Positions 38,191 to 47,858 of a stretch of DNA of 64,000 bases are shown piece by piece (position 1 is the stretch's first letter; each line of letters starts with the position of its first letter). A program made the translations under genes and the position numbers. Source of the DNA: an archaeon (GTDB lineage Archaea; Nanobdellota; Nanobdellia; SCGC-AAA011-G17; GW2011-AR17); contig JBDRJY010000014.1 in NCBI GenBank assembly GCA_043814545.1, positions 7,617-71,616 of the forward strand, read 5' to 3'. The notes below the pieces were generated by a model. That model worked only from the letters and a program-made list of their open reading frames with translations, was not told the DNA's origin and did not search any database.

Positions 38191-39099
38191 ATGGATTTAA
38201 GTAAAGTTTGCAAGGATATTAGGACTTTGAAGGTTCAAGGAGCGGCTAATGTAGCCCGTTATGCTTTAATGGGATATGCGTTAACTGCAGCTAGATCTAA
38301 AGCTAAAACTAAACAACAATTTTTTTCTGAATTGAATCAAGCTAAAAAAAAGTTATTTGCAACACGGCCAACTGAACCAGCTATGCGCAATTACATCAAT
38401 TTTGTAACACGTATTGTAGAGAATGAAGGTCTTACTGATGTAAAGCGTTTAAAGTTATTAACACAACAGTTTTCTAAAAAATTAATTGCAGAAAGAAAAA
38501 AAGAAAAAGAAAAATTGTACAGTTACGGTGCAAACGAAATTAAAAGCGGTTCAATTGTGTTTACGCACTGTCATTCTTCGTCGGTAATGGGCGTTTTGAA
38601 AGAAGCAAGGAAAAAGAGAAAGTTTCAAGTATATAATACAGAGACAAGACCTTTGTTCCAAGGTAGAAAAACTGCTAAAGAGTTAGCAAAAGTAAAAATT
38701 CCTGTTACACATTTCGTTGATTCGGCTGCTAGAGTTGCAATAAAAAAATCAGATATAATGTTAATCGGCGCTGATTCTATTACACCAACAAGAGTTTTTA
38801 ACAAAATTGGTTCAGAAATGTTTGCGGAAATTGCACAGAAATATGGTGTGCCAGTTTATGTATGTTCTTCCGCCTGGAAATTTAATCCGTTAACAACTAA
38901 AGGGTTTGGAGAAAAAATTGAAGAACGCAATCCTAATGAAATTTGGAAGTTTCCACCTAAAGGTGTTAAAATAAAAAATTATGCTTTTGAAAAAGTACAT
39001 ATTGATTTGATTGAAGGTTTTATTTCAGAATTAGGTGTGTTAAACTCATCAATGTTTTTTCAGGAAATCAAACTTAAACATCCGTGGATGTTCCAATAA
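38191..39099 (+). CDS. eIF-2B alpha/beta/delta family protein (ribose-1,5-bisphosphate isomerase / MtnA-like)
   Basis: ...GANEIKSGSIVFTHCHSSSV...IGADSITPTRVFNKIGSEMFAEIAQKYGVPVYVCSSAWKF is typical of the IF-2B fold. Confidence 0.7.
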   Translation: MDLSKVCKDIRTLKVQGAANVARYALMGYALTAARSKAKTKQQFFSELNQAKKKLFATRPTEPAMRNYINFVTRIVENEGLTDVKRLKLLTQQFSKKLIAERKKEKEKLYSYGANEIKSGSIVFTHCHSSSVMGVLKEARKKRKFQVYNTETRPLFQGRKTAKELAKVKIPVTHFVDSAARVAIKKSDIMLIGADSITPTRVFNKIGSEMFAEIAQKYGVPVYVCSSAWKFNPLTTKGFGEKIEERNPNEIWKFPPKGVKIKNYAFEKVHIDLIEGFISELGVLNSSMFFQEIKLKHPWMFQ

Positions 39100-39162
39100 C
39101 ATCGGAAAAACGAACTAAATTCTTGAATTAACCATTTAAACAAAATTTTCAACAGTATTCAT

Positions 39163-40200
39163 ATGCGTTACATAATATTATTACTTTTATTGATGCCAGG
39201 AGTTACAGCTAGTTTAACAATCAATGAAATCATGCCTAACCCGATAGGTGCAGACAATGCACCACAACCAAGAGGGGAATGGGTCGAATTATATAATCCA
39301 ACATCTGAAAAAATATATTTAGAAGATTATTATTTAACAGATTTAATAGAATATCATAAGTTAGAGATTTTAGAGGAATACATAGAACCTTACCAATATC
39401 TAACTATTTATCGAGATGAAGACGGCGATTTTGCATTAAACAATAATGGTGATGAAGTTAAACTATTTCATAATAAAACCCTAATAGACAAAATGGAATA
39501 TAAAAAATCTGAACAGTCATTATCTATAGCAAAAACCGAACAAGGTTGGATGATACAAACACCTTCACTAAACAAAGAAAATTATCCTTATGATTACACA
39601 CCGCAATGCGATTGGGAATTAGAGATTTGGTTAAACGAAACAATAACCTTAGACCCTTATTTTAAAGTTAAAATAAACAACGTTTATGGCGGTAAGAACA
39701 ACCTTACATTAACGCGTACAATTTTAAATCAAAAAGAAATAGAACGTTTATACGAAAATTTAACATTTTCTATCATTACAAAAACATCTTACACTTACAA
39801 ACCTCAACTTAAACCTGGCCCTCATAGAATACAAGCAGCAATAGAATCTTTAAATTGTAATGATACAAATATGGACAATAATAAAGTAGAAACCTTGGTA
39901 TATATCCCTGAAACAGTAAATTCATTAGAAATAGTAAATTCTTTAAATACTACAGGCATAAATTATTTAAACCCTACGGGAAACATTGTTTATGAGTCAA
40001 AGGGTAGGAAAGCAAAAACTTATGCAGTTTACGCCTTTTGCGCTATAATAATAGTATTAATTGTATATTGGGGAATTAAAGATGAAATCAAAAAAAATCA
40101 TAGCACGAATCATAGTCGAAGTTCTAGGTGCACCAAAAGAACACGTCGAAAAAACAATGCAACAGATAATAGAAAATCTAAAGCAAGACAAAGATCTTAA
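39163..40200 (+). CDS. Secreted lamin-tail-domain (LTD) protein with C-terminal TM anchor
   Basis: Signal peptide present. LTINEIMPNPIGADNAPQPRGEWVELYNPTSEKIYLEDYYLTD is the LTD signature. There is a C-terminal TM VYAFCAIIIVLIVYWGI. The last roughly 40 codons are low-complexity basic and overlap the next gene, so the true stop may lie earlier, or there is a frameshift or sequencing issue. Confidence 0.5.
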   Translation: MRYIILLLLLMPGVTASLTINEIMPNPIGADNAPQPRGEWVELYNPTSEKIYLEDYYLTDLIEYHKLEILEEYIEPYQYLTIYRDEDGDFALNNNGDEVKLFHNKTLIDKMEYKKSEQSLSIAKTEQGWMIQTPSLNKENYPYDYTPQCDWELEIWLNETITLDPYFKVKINNVYGGKNNLTLTRTILNQKEIERLYENLTFSIITKTSYTYKPQLKPGPHRIQAAIESLNCNDTNMDNNKVETLVYIPETVNSLEIVNSLNTTGINYLNPTGNIVYESKGRKAKTYAVYAFCAIIIVLIVYWGIKDEIKKNHSTNHSRSSRCTKRTRRKNNATDNRKSKARQRS

Positions 40201-40501
40201 ACTTTTAGAAACAAATGTCCATGATTTGGAAGAACAAGAGCATCCTAACGTACCAAATGTAAAATTATATTCTACGTTTACAGAAATTGAACTTGAAACA
40301 ACAGAGTTAAAGAAAATTATTAGTTTAGCGTTTGATTACATGCCATCTAATATTGAAATCATAGAACCGGCAGGCATGGACATTGATTTGAACGAAGTTA
40401 GTGACATCTTAAATGATTTATTGGCAAGGTTACACCAATATGATTCAATCATGAAAAATTTGCACGCTGAAAATACAATCTTAAAAAGTCAGAAAAAATA
40501 G
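40082..40501 (+). CDS. Hypothetical cytoplasmic protein (about 140 aa)
   Basis: Start chosen at MKSKKIIARIIVEVLGAP within the tracked ORF 40061-40501. No recognised motif. Confidence 0.35.
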   Translation: MKSKKIIARIIVEVLGAPKEHVEKTMQQIIENLKQDKDLKLLETNVHDLEEQEHPNVPNVKLYSTFTEIELETTELKKIISLAFDYMPSNIEIIEPAGMDIDLNEVSDILNDLLARLHQYDSIMKNLHAENTILKSQKK

Positions 40502-40503
40502 TT

Positions 40504-42144
40504 TTATTGTGAATCTAGGAAACTGGAAGCTTCGTTGTTACTGTGTACAGGCATTATGCAATTATTATCTTCACACTGGCCATAATCTGTTTCGCCATTT
40601 TCTTTAATTTCAATTATATTATTAACGTTACTATTTTTTTCTAGGATTGTTAAATCAATTTCAAGAGGCGTTACATCCATTCCTTTCAAAGTATAAAGTT
40701 GAGGTTTACCGTCGACCATATGTATAAAAGTTTGTTGTTCAATTACTTCATGTATTGAATCAGCAAGATCTATTATGGCACCTTCAGTAACTATTATGTC
40801 AACAGAATCATCTTCATCTAATTCTACATAAGTTTCACCTATCAAAGTTTCAACAATAGGTTCATTTTCAATGGGTTCAATTTCTTCTTTAACCCAGACA
40901 ACTAACATCGTTGTAACACCTTCACCTTCAACAACATAATTATTATTATCATTTAAACAATGGTTAACAAAGTTAGTTGTAAAATCTTTAGTTTTATCAG
41001 AACAAGAACTAAGACGTAAATCTTTATGGTTAGCATTGTTAATTATTTCTAAACCGGTTTCAATATTAAGTTCAAAAATAGTCACAGTAGCTTCCGGCCC
41101 AATATAATATTCTATGTCTGAAATAATTCTTAAATAAGAATCGGCTGGAGTATCAATAAAAAGCTGTTCGCCATTAGATCTTGTCCATACAAAATCCCCA
41201 CTAAAATATAAACCTGTAGCATATTTTTGGATAAGCATTTGACCACCATAGGGTTCAATAGTATAACTTCCTTTAGATATGCCATTCTCATCATATTGTA
41301 ATATTTTAAATTCTCTATTCTCAGTGTCAACATAAACATAACCTTCAGCGTATCGTATCATACCACCTTCAGGAATTTCATAATATTCATCAATGAAAAA
41401 GTAAGTTCCACCGTCTGAACCAGCATAAATTGTAGCTTCAATAAGGTTACCTTCTTTATCATATTTAACATAACTACCTTCACCAACATTAAGGTAAGGT
41501 GGCCTAATACCTTCAATCTCAATGTTAGCTTCAGCATCAGCAGTAAATGTAACAAACTCATCATCAGATTGTAAATTTAGGTTTTCGCTGGTTACCAAAT
41601 TAGCGCCTTCAATGTCTAAAAAATATTCTAAGTCAAATTCTCCTTCGCCTAAATTAAGCTCGGCATTAATAATATTACCTTCATCATTAAAATCAACATC
41701 ACCCTCAGCTTTATTTTCTTGCATAAGAGTTTGGATTTGTTTTGCTTGCCCCCAAAGTTCGATTATTTGATCAATGTCAGGATTATTTTCCATGGCTTTT
41801 CTCAGCATAGCTTCTTTTGCGGCATCAACAGGATTTGCAACATATTGGTAAGCTTGAAAAATTGTATTGTATACTTCTTCAAGGTCGGGATTTTTGTCAA
41901 GAACTTGCGTTTGAAACTGTGATTGAAGTTCGCCCATGGCAGCAGCTTTTGTATTTAAAACAAAACCAACTACTTTAGCAGCTTTAGGGTCAAGTTGCGA
42001 CAGCTGTGATGTTCCTAAAGAGATTAAATAGTTTCCAGCACCTTGCGATTTGACAGACATTGCGCTTGATAACGGGTCAAAAGTTGCAATGCTAAATGCA
42101 CTAACTAGGAACAATGCCAACATTATTGCTAAAACTTTTTTCAT
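40504..42144 (-). CDS. Large secreted protein (546 aa, signal peptide); partner of pilin-like paralog B
   Basis: MKKVLAIMLALFLVSAFSIA signal peptide. The start abuts the stop of the 42145-42897 gene. No catalytic motif recognised. Confidence 0.5.
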   Translation of the reverse strand: MKKVLAIMLALFLVSAFSIATFDPLSSAMSVKSQGAGNYLISLGTSQLSQLDPKAAKVVGFVLNTKAAAMGELQSQFQTQVLDKNPDLEEVYNTIFQAYQYVANPVDAAKEAMLRKAMENNPDIDQIIELWGQAKQIQTLMQENKAEGDVDFNDEGNIINAELNLGEGEFDLEYFLDIEGANLVTSENLNLQSDDEFVTFTADAEANIEIEGIRPPYLNVGEGSYVKYDKEGNLIEATIYAGSDGGTYFFIDEYYEIPEGGMIRYAEGYVYVDTENREFKILQYDENGISKGSYTIEPYGGQMLIQKYATGLYFSGDFVWTRSNGEQLFIDTPADSYLRIISDIEYYIGPEATVTIFELNIETGLEIINNANHKDLRLSSCSDKTKDFTTNFVNHCLNDNNNYVVEGEGVTTMLVVWVKEEIEPIENEPIVETLIGETYVELDEDDSVDIIVTEGAIIDLADSIHEVIEQQTFIHMVDGKPQLYTLKGMDVTPLEIDLTILEKNSNVNNIIEIKENGETDYGQCEDNNCIMPVHSNNEASSFLDSQ

Positions 42145-42897
42145 TTATGCATACCTGCTTGCAAACACGAACTGGAAATCTTCGTCGTAAACTTGCGAAT
42201 TTTTATCTGTTATCATAAACAATGTGCCTTCATCTAAATTTTCAAAATTTATTTCTAAATTATAATCTAGTGTAATATCAGTAATACAGCTAACGCAAAG
42301 TTTGTTATCATATATTTGATTTTCTATGATAAAGTTTAATGCTTCATGTAATTGAAACAAATAAATATTTTGATTTAAACTAAAATCATTTATTCTATAT
42401 TCAATAGAATTATATTTAACAGATATTGGCCAATAAATATCCCACGTTACCAAATCTTCAATAACAACAATAGGTTCAATATTGCCATAACTTAAATCAA
42501 AATTTTCATAATCTTTAACACAATTTTGGTAATTAGCTTTCATGTAAGACGCTAAATCATTTTCCCAGACTGTAAGATCAACAACATTATTTTGTCCTTT
42601 ATCATAAAGGTAAGGTACAGCATAAATATCATATTCTAAAAATGATAATGGTGTTTCGTAAAGATAACCTCCAGTTAAACCTAAATTATATACAGCATCA
42701 TTGCTTAAATCATATAAACAAGAATAAATTTGGTCTTTCAGTTCTTGAACTTCGTTAGGTAAAACTGATTCTTCGACGAACCCGGACTTTTGAAACATAT
42801 CAACCAATTCACTACGAAAAAAGAAACCTAAAATTATTATAATAAATAAAATTAGACCTAGAATAATTAAAATTGTAACTTGACCTTTTTTTGGCAT
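42145..42897 (-). CDS. Type IV pilin-like protein with archaeal class III signal peptide (paralog of 22037-22741)
   Basis: MPKKGQ|VTILIILGLILFIIIIL. Full-length similarity to the 22037 product, e.g. LGLTGGYLYE versus IGENGGLYNE, and a shared C-terminal CxSCI motif. Confidence 0.55.
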   Translation of the reverse strand: MPKKGQVTILIILGLILFIIIILGFFFRSELVDMFQKSGFVEESVLPNEVQELKDQIYSCLYDLSNDAVYNLGLTGGYLYETPLSFLEYDIYAVPYLYDKGQNNVVDLTVWENDLASYMKANYQNCVKDYENFDLSYGNIEPIVVIEDLVTWDIYWPISVKYNSIEYRINDFSLNQNIYLFQLHEALNFIIENQIYDNKLCVSCITDITLDYNLEINFENLDEGTLFMITDKNSQVYDEDFQFVFASRYA

Positions 42898-42917
42898 AAA
42901 ACTATAATCTTTTAAGG

Positions 42918-45323
42918 TTATAAAAACTTTTCTTCCTCTTCTTCCTCAGACATTTCACCCACTTCTTTAACTTGTGAAGCATTTTTCTCTTCAAGCCTTT
43001 CTCGTGCAACATTTAACAACAAACGTTTTTCGACGTTAGCGACGATATGTTTGATTTTTTTGACAGCGTCAGGGTTAGCTGAAATGCTATCAATACCTTT
43101 CTTAACTAAGAACTCAGCCATTTCAGGTCTACTACCAGCTTGTCCGCAAATACTAGTTTCAACATTATATTCTCTGCAAACTTTGATTACGTGCGCAATT
43201 TGTCTAAGAACAGCAGGATGCATTTCGTCATAAAGTTTTTGAATCTTTTCATTATTTCTATCAACGGCTAAAGTAAATTGTGTAAGATCGTTAGTACCAA
43301 ATGAAACAAAGTCTATACCTTCTTTACAAATTTCTTCGATGATTTGTACAGCTGCCGGTGTTTCAACCATAACACCAAACTCAATATTTTCCATAGGTTC
43401 AAGACCAACTTCTCTCAAAATTTTTTTAGCTTCAATAATTTGTGAAACGTGTGTTACTAAGGGTATCATAACACCTAAGTTGGTAAAACCAGCATCATGT
43501 ATTTTTTTAATAGCCTCATATTCGGCCTTTAACAATTCAGGCTGATCCAAACTTCTTCTAATACTACGCCAACCCATCATAGGATTTTCTTCGTGTGGTT
43601 CTTCATCCCCGCCTTCTAAACCACGAAACTCATCAGTAGGCGCGTCTAATGTTCTATACCAAATAGGCTTATCTTTGAACGCTTTACAAAAAATTAATAA
43701 GTTCTCGACTAGATTTTCAACAAATTCATCTTTTTGACCGTGTTGTATCATGTAAAAAGGATGAACTTTACTTTTCAAGTTAATGAACTCTCCTCTAAGT
43801 AAACCAATACCATCTGCACCAGTTTCAGCAGCTTTTTCTGCAAAGTCGGGCAGGTCCATGACCACTTTAACTTTTGTAATTGTATCAACTTCTGGTAAGT
43901 TTTCATAAAACTCTTCTTTAGGTTGTTCAATTTTTATTAAACCTTCATAAATTTTACCAGTTGTACCGTCAACAGTAATTTCTTGACCTTCTTGTAATTT
44001 TTGCGTGGCATTACTGGTTCCAACAACAGAAGGTATACCCATTTCTCTGGATACAATTGCTGCGTGACACGTTGCGCCTCCAGAATCAGTTACGATTGCT
44101 GCAGCTTTAACCATTGCTGCAACATAATCAGGGTTAGTCATTTCAGCAACAAGGACATCGCCTTTCTCAATTTTGTTTAAATCTTCAGGTCCGTGCAAAA
44201 TCTTAACTTTACCCGAACCAATACCTGGACTAGCCCCAATACCTGAAAGAATTTCTTTTTTATCTGTTGTAACAGGTTGCTTTTTTTTAGTTTCTTCAAC
44301 TTTCTTTTTCAAAGTTGTGATTGGTCTAGATTGTACAATGTAAATATTAGCACCGTCAATTGCAAATTCTAAATCCTGCGGATTTTGATAATGTGCTTCA
44401 ATTTTTTTAGCTAACTTTGCAAGCTTAACAATTTCAAACTCGTTCAAAACTTGCGACTGTGCTTTAGCACTATCTATGTTTTGTTTAACAGTTTTACCAA
44501 AGTTAAGATCTAAGGTATACATCCAATCTTGTTTTTGCACATTAATATTTTTTATCTCAAAATGGTCTTTACTAACAATATATTTGTCAGGGTTTATTGC
44601 GCCAGAAACAACAGCTTCTCCAAGACCCCAACCAGCTTCAATAAGAATTTCATTTTCATTAAAATTTAAAGGATTAACTGAAAATATTACACCTGACTTT
44701 TCAGAGTTAACCATTTTTTGTACAATTACCGAGATGAAAACTTTGTTATGTGCAAAATTATTTTTTACACGGTAAAAGATTGCACGCGCAGTGAACAAGG
44801 AAGCCCAACATTTTTTAACGGCTGTTAACAAAGAATTGTTTCCTTTAATATTAAGATAAGTTGCTTGTTGTCCTGCAAATGAAGCAGTTGGAAGATCTTC
44901 TGCAGTGGCAGAACTTCTCACAGCAACAAAAGGTAAATCTCTTCCAGTTTTAATTATATCTAATGTATTTTTGTTTAATGGGTTAGAAAAAATGTCTGCA
45001 TCAATGTTAAGATTATCATAAGCTTCACTGATATCCTGCTTAATTTCGTCAGGTATGTCAGTGTTCATAAAAATCTCATTAATTTTTTTTGATGTATCCT
45101 GTAAAGTTTGATTATCTTCAACATCTAAAGAATCTAGTAATGGATAAATCTCTTCATCAATACCTGTAGATTCAATAAAAAACTTATACGCTTGTGCTGT
45201 CACTGCAAATCCTGGTGGTATAGGCATTTGTGCGTTATACATTTCGGCTAACGAAGCACCCTTACCTCCAGCAATATTTAGACTATCTTTAGAAAGTTCT
45301 TTGAACCATGCAACATTTGTCAT
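42918..45323 (-). CDS. ppsA: Phosphoenolpyruvate synthase (pyruvate, water dikinase)
   Basis: N-terminal ATP-grasp MTNVAWFKELSKDSLNIAGGKGASLAEM. Phospho-His domain GGATCHAAIVSREMGIPSVVG. C-terminal PEP-utilising TIM barrel. 801 aa. Confidence 0.9.
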   Translation of the reverse strand: MTNVAWFKELSKDSLNIAGGKGASLAEMYNAQMPIPPGFAVTAQAYKFFIESTGIDEEIYPLLDSLDVEDNQTLQDTSKKINEIFMNTDIPDEIKQDISEAYDNLNIDADIFSNPLNKNTLDIIKTGRDLPFVAVRSSATAEDLPTASFAGQQATYLNIKGNNSLLTAVKKCWASLFTARAIFYRVKNNFAHNKVFISVIVQKMVNSEKSGVIFSVNPLNFNENEILIEAGWGLGEAVVSGAINPDKYIVSKDHFEIKNINVQKQDWMYTLDLNFGKTVKQNIDSAKAQSQVLNEFEIVKLAKLAKKIEAHYQNPQDLEFAIDGANIYIVQSRPITTLKKKVEETKKKQPVTTDKKEILSGIGASPGIGSGKVKILHGPEDLNKIEKGDVLVAEMTNPDYVAAMVKAAAIVTDSGGATCHAAIVSREMGIPSVVGTSNATQKLQEGQEITVDGTTGKIYEGLIKIEQPKEEFYENLPEVDTITKVKVVMDLPDFAEKAAETGADGIGLLRGEFINLKSKVHPFYMIQHGQKDEFVENLVENLLIFCKAFKDKPIWYRTLDAPTDEFRGLEGGDEEPHEENPMMGWRSIRRSLDQPELLKAEYEAIKKIHDAGFTNLGVMIPLVTHVSQIIEAKKILREVGLEPMENIEFGVMVETPAAVQIIEEICKEGIDFVSFGTNDLTQFTLAVDRNNEKIQKLYDEMHPAVLRQIAHVIKVCREYNVETSICGQAGSRPEMAEFLVKKGIDSISANPDAVKKIKHIVANVEKRLLLNVARERLEEKNASQVKEVGEMSEEEEEEKFL

Positions 45324-45436
45324 TGAAAAACATAAATATCTTACGACTTTATAAGCTTTTTGCGATAAAAAAACTAAAAAACTTTATATATTATAAAACA
45401 TATTATTTTGAAGGGTAGTATACCTGGGGTGGTTGA

Positions 45437-46687
45437 ATGAAAAAAGAGGTTAAACTAATTTTATTATTTGTGTTAATTCTAACACTATTATTTGCTATAG
45501 ACGTAACAGCATCATTAAATGTTGCTTTATCTGATCAAGGTTCAGGTGTCAAAGAAAAAGTTACTGGCAACACATTATTGTTGGCAGATTTAAATGTAAG
45601 TATATGGGATAACTTAACAGAAGGTAACTTACTTTATAATGAAGTTTTTTCAAACGCAATTGTCAACGGTTCCTGGAACGTGATGCTTGGCGAAAATTCA
45701 TCTAACCCTTTAACATTAGAATACGGCAATTTATACTACAAAGATTATATGATTGGTTCTGAAGACGCAGACTTTACTGATATTAACGGCACTGTTGTTG
45801 AACGTATGTTCTTTCGCGCCCCATTAGGAGATATTAATTCAACTGTTATTGCGCCAAATTCAATTAACGAAACACATATTGATAATAATGCAAATTTAAC
45901 TTTAGGTGGTAAAATCACTTTTGCTTTTGGCGAAATAATTGATAATTTGATTAATGGATATATACAAATAACTGGCGGTTTAAATGTTACAAAAGATGTT
46001 CATGTGGGTGAAAACCTTACTGTTCACGGTGGAAAAATAGAATTAGATAAAACTGCAAATGAGATAACAACTTTATCAAGTAACTCAAACATTACTTTTA
46101 GTTTTAATCAATTAACGACTGTTGTAGGAAGATTTAGTAACCAATTATTTGAAGTGTTTGGTAATTCTGAAATGTATAACTTATCATTAAAAGATAAACT
46201 TACCCTCAGTGCTAAAGATGCCCTTCTGGACATTTCTCCAGTATCCGGTGGAAATTTAACTTTATTATTCCAAGACAAAGCAACGTTTAAATTTACAGAT
46301 TCGGGACAATTTGGCATTAATTTAGAAAACCCTGTTGACGTTTTACATATGAGTGGTAATAATGTTTCGTTCCAAGGTATAGCACCTGCTGCTCATTTAA
46401 GGATAAATTTGGCAGGTGGAAGTGGTACAAATTTAGTAATATTCAATACTCGTATTGGCGCTATTGATTATCCGCATTTAACTTTTGATCCAATAACTCA
46501 ATTTACAGGTATTGGTACTAACACGCCTGATGCTAACTTAACAGTGAACGGAGCCATTCGTCTTGTAGAACAAACCAGTATGTCAGTAGTATGTGATGGA
46601 ACAAAGAAAGGTTTAATATTTTTTAACGACACCGACAACAATTTTATGGGATGTAATGGTGGTGTATGGGTGCAGTTAAACAACTAG
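45437..46687 (+). CDS. Secreted fibre-like protein with very many N-x-S/T sequons and a tail-fibre-like C-terminal motif
   Basis: Signal peptide present. More than 15 N-glycosylation sequons (NVSI, NLTE, NGSW, NSSN, NGTV, NSTV, NETH, NLTL, NVTK, NLTV, NITF and others). The C-terminus GAIRLVEQTS...GLIFFNDTDNNFMGCNGGVWVQL resembles the G-x-IRFN...W..L ending of phage/cell-surface fibre proteins. Confidence 0.45.
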   Translation: MKKEVKLILLFVLILTLLFAIDVTASLNVALSDQGSGVKEKVTGNTLLLADLNVSIWDNLTEGNLLYNEVFSNAIVNGSWNVMLGENSSNPLTLEYGNLYYKDYMIGSEDADFTDINGTVVERMFFRAPLGDINSTVIAPNSINETHIDNNANLTLGGKITFAFGEIIDNLINGYIQITGGLNVTKDVHVGENLTVHGGKIELDKTANEITTLSSNSNITFSFNQLTTVVGRFSNQLFEVFGNSEMYNLSLKDKLTLSAKDALLDISPVSGGNLTLLFQDKATFKFTDSGQFGINLENPVDVLHMSGNNVSFQGIAPAAHLRINLAGGSGTNLVIFNTRIGAIDYPHLTFDPITQFTGIGTNTPDANLTVNGAIRLVEQTSMSVVCDGTKKGLIFFNDTDNNFMGCNGGVWVQLNN

Positions 46688-46709
46688 GAGGTGTAAGGAG
46701 ATAAAATAA

Positions 46710-47858
46710 ATGTCACGGAAGGTCATCATTTTAACATTGGCAACTTTCCTACTAGTGATACCTTTTGTATTATCTTTTAACGCAACGACAACAACTTACA
46801 CTATAGATGCTTTTCATATGGGCGTTGCAACAAGCAACATTTCTGATACTTTAACTTACGAATTTTACAGTACAACTACATCAATGCAACCTAGCACTAA
46901 TGGTACAAGTACTTCTTATTCGTTTTTTGTTTCATGGTTTCCTAAAGCAACATGGTATGATTCAATCCCTCCTAACATAACTTTGCACAGCCCGGCAAAT
47001 AATGCGATTGTATATGTTCCGACGATTACAGTTAATTTTTCAGCTATAGACGAATTATCTACAATAAGTAATTGTACATTATTCATTGACAACCAAACCG
47101 CGTTCATTAACACAACCATCCCTGAAAATCGTAGCATGCAAATTACTGGCAATATTACTGAAGGTCAACACACTTGGCACATAGGATGCTACGATCATCT
47201 GGGCTTACCACAAAATACTTCGTCCAGGTACATAACTGCAGATTTTTCTGTTGCTGAAGAAATAACTGGTGGTGGCGCTGGCCCTAGTGGTGGTGGAGTT
47301 GTTCCTGTTGATGAAGAAGAGGAAGAAGTGCCTGAAGAACAAGCCCCAGAAGCTGAGGAGGAAGAAGCTGTTGTTGACGAGGAAGGTGGAATTGAAGATT
47401 TACCTGACGCAGGTTTTGACGAGGGAGAAGATCCTGTATTTGGAGAAGATTACGAAGATATTTTGAAAGAAATTCTTGGACCAGAAGATATACAAGATAT
47501 CTTAGATATTATTGAATTAGAACCTGATGTAGAAGTTTCGGTTGAAGACGGAGTTATTACTACTCAGATAAGTGTTACAGGTCTTTATAGTTTGGAGATA
47601 GTTAAAGAAAAAGGTAAATTACCTAGATTTGATATCGACTTTTCAGGGCCAGGTTATAGTCCAGTTAAATTAGATAAAGATTTTACAAAAGAGATTTTTA
47701 AATATTTTGTTAACAATTATAAAAGATGGGGAGATGTTTGGGACTGGTTATTATTATTACTAATCATTATTGCTTCAATATTATTAACTTACGATCATTT
47801 AGAAGCTGATAGAAAAGAAAAAATTTGGCAACGTTACCATGATTGGCGTCAAAGGTAA
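46710..47858 (+). CDS. Secreted protein with N-glycosylation sequons, an acidic low-complexity segment and C-terminal TM anchor
   Basis: Signal peptide present. EEEEEVPEEQAPEAEEEEAVVDEEGGIEDLPDAGFDEGED is the acidic segment. C-terminal WLLLLLIIIASILLTY. Confidence 0.45.
   Translation: MSRKVIILTLATFLLVIPFVLSFNATTTTYTIDAFHMGVATSNISDTLTYEFYSTTTSMQPSTNGTSTSYSFFVSWFPKATWYDSIPPNITLHSPANNAIVYVPTITVNFSAIDELSTISNCTLFIDNQTAFINTTIPENRSMQITGNITEGQHTWHIGCYDHLGLPQNTSSRYITADFSVAEEITGGGAGPSGGGVVPVDEEEEEVPEEQAPEAEEEEAVVDEEGGIEDLPDAGFDEGEDPVFGEDYEDILKEILGPEDIQDILDIIELEPDVEVSVEDGVITTQISVTGLYSLEIVKEKGKLPRFDIDFSGPGYSPVKLDKDFTKEIFKYFVNNYKRWGDVWDWLLLLLIIIASILLTYDHLEADRKEKIWQRYHDWRQR

Noticed and set aside
41130-41922. 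Small ORFs on both strands inside the 546-aa secreted protein gene
   Set aside because: They are short with no features. The large ORF has a convincing signal peptide and an uninterrupted frame.
43051-44775. +strand ORFs inside ppsA
   Set aside because: The PEP synthase frame on the minus strand is unambiguous.
45437-47858. Possible prophage or viral region, suggested by the tail-fibre-like C-terminus
   Set aside because: No integrase, terminase, capsid or portal genes and no att-like repeats are present. The flanking genes are core metabolism (ppsA and the acyl-CoA synthetase), so the fibre-like protein is more likely a cellular surface fibre.
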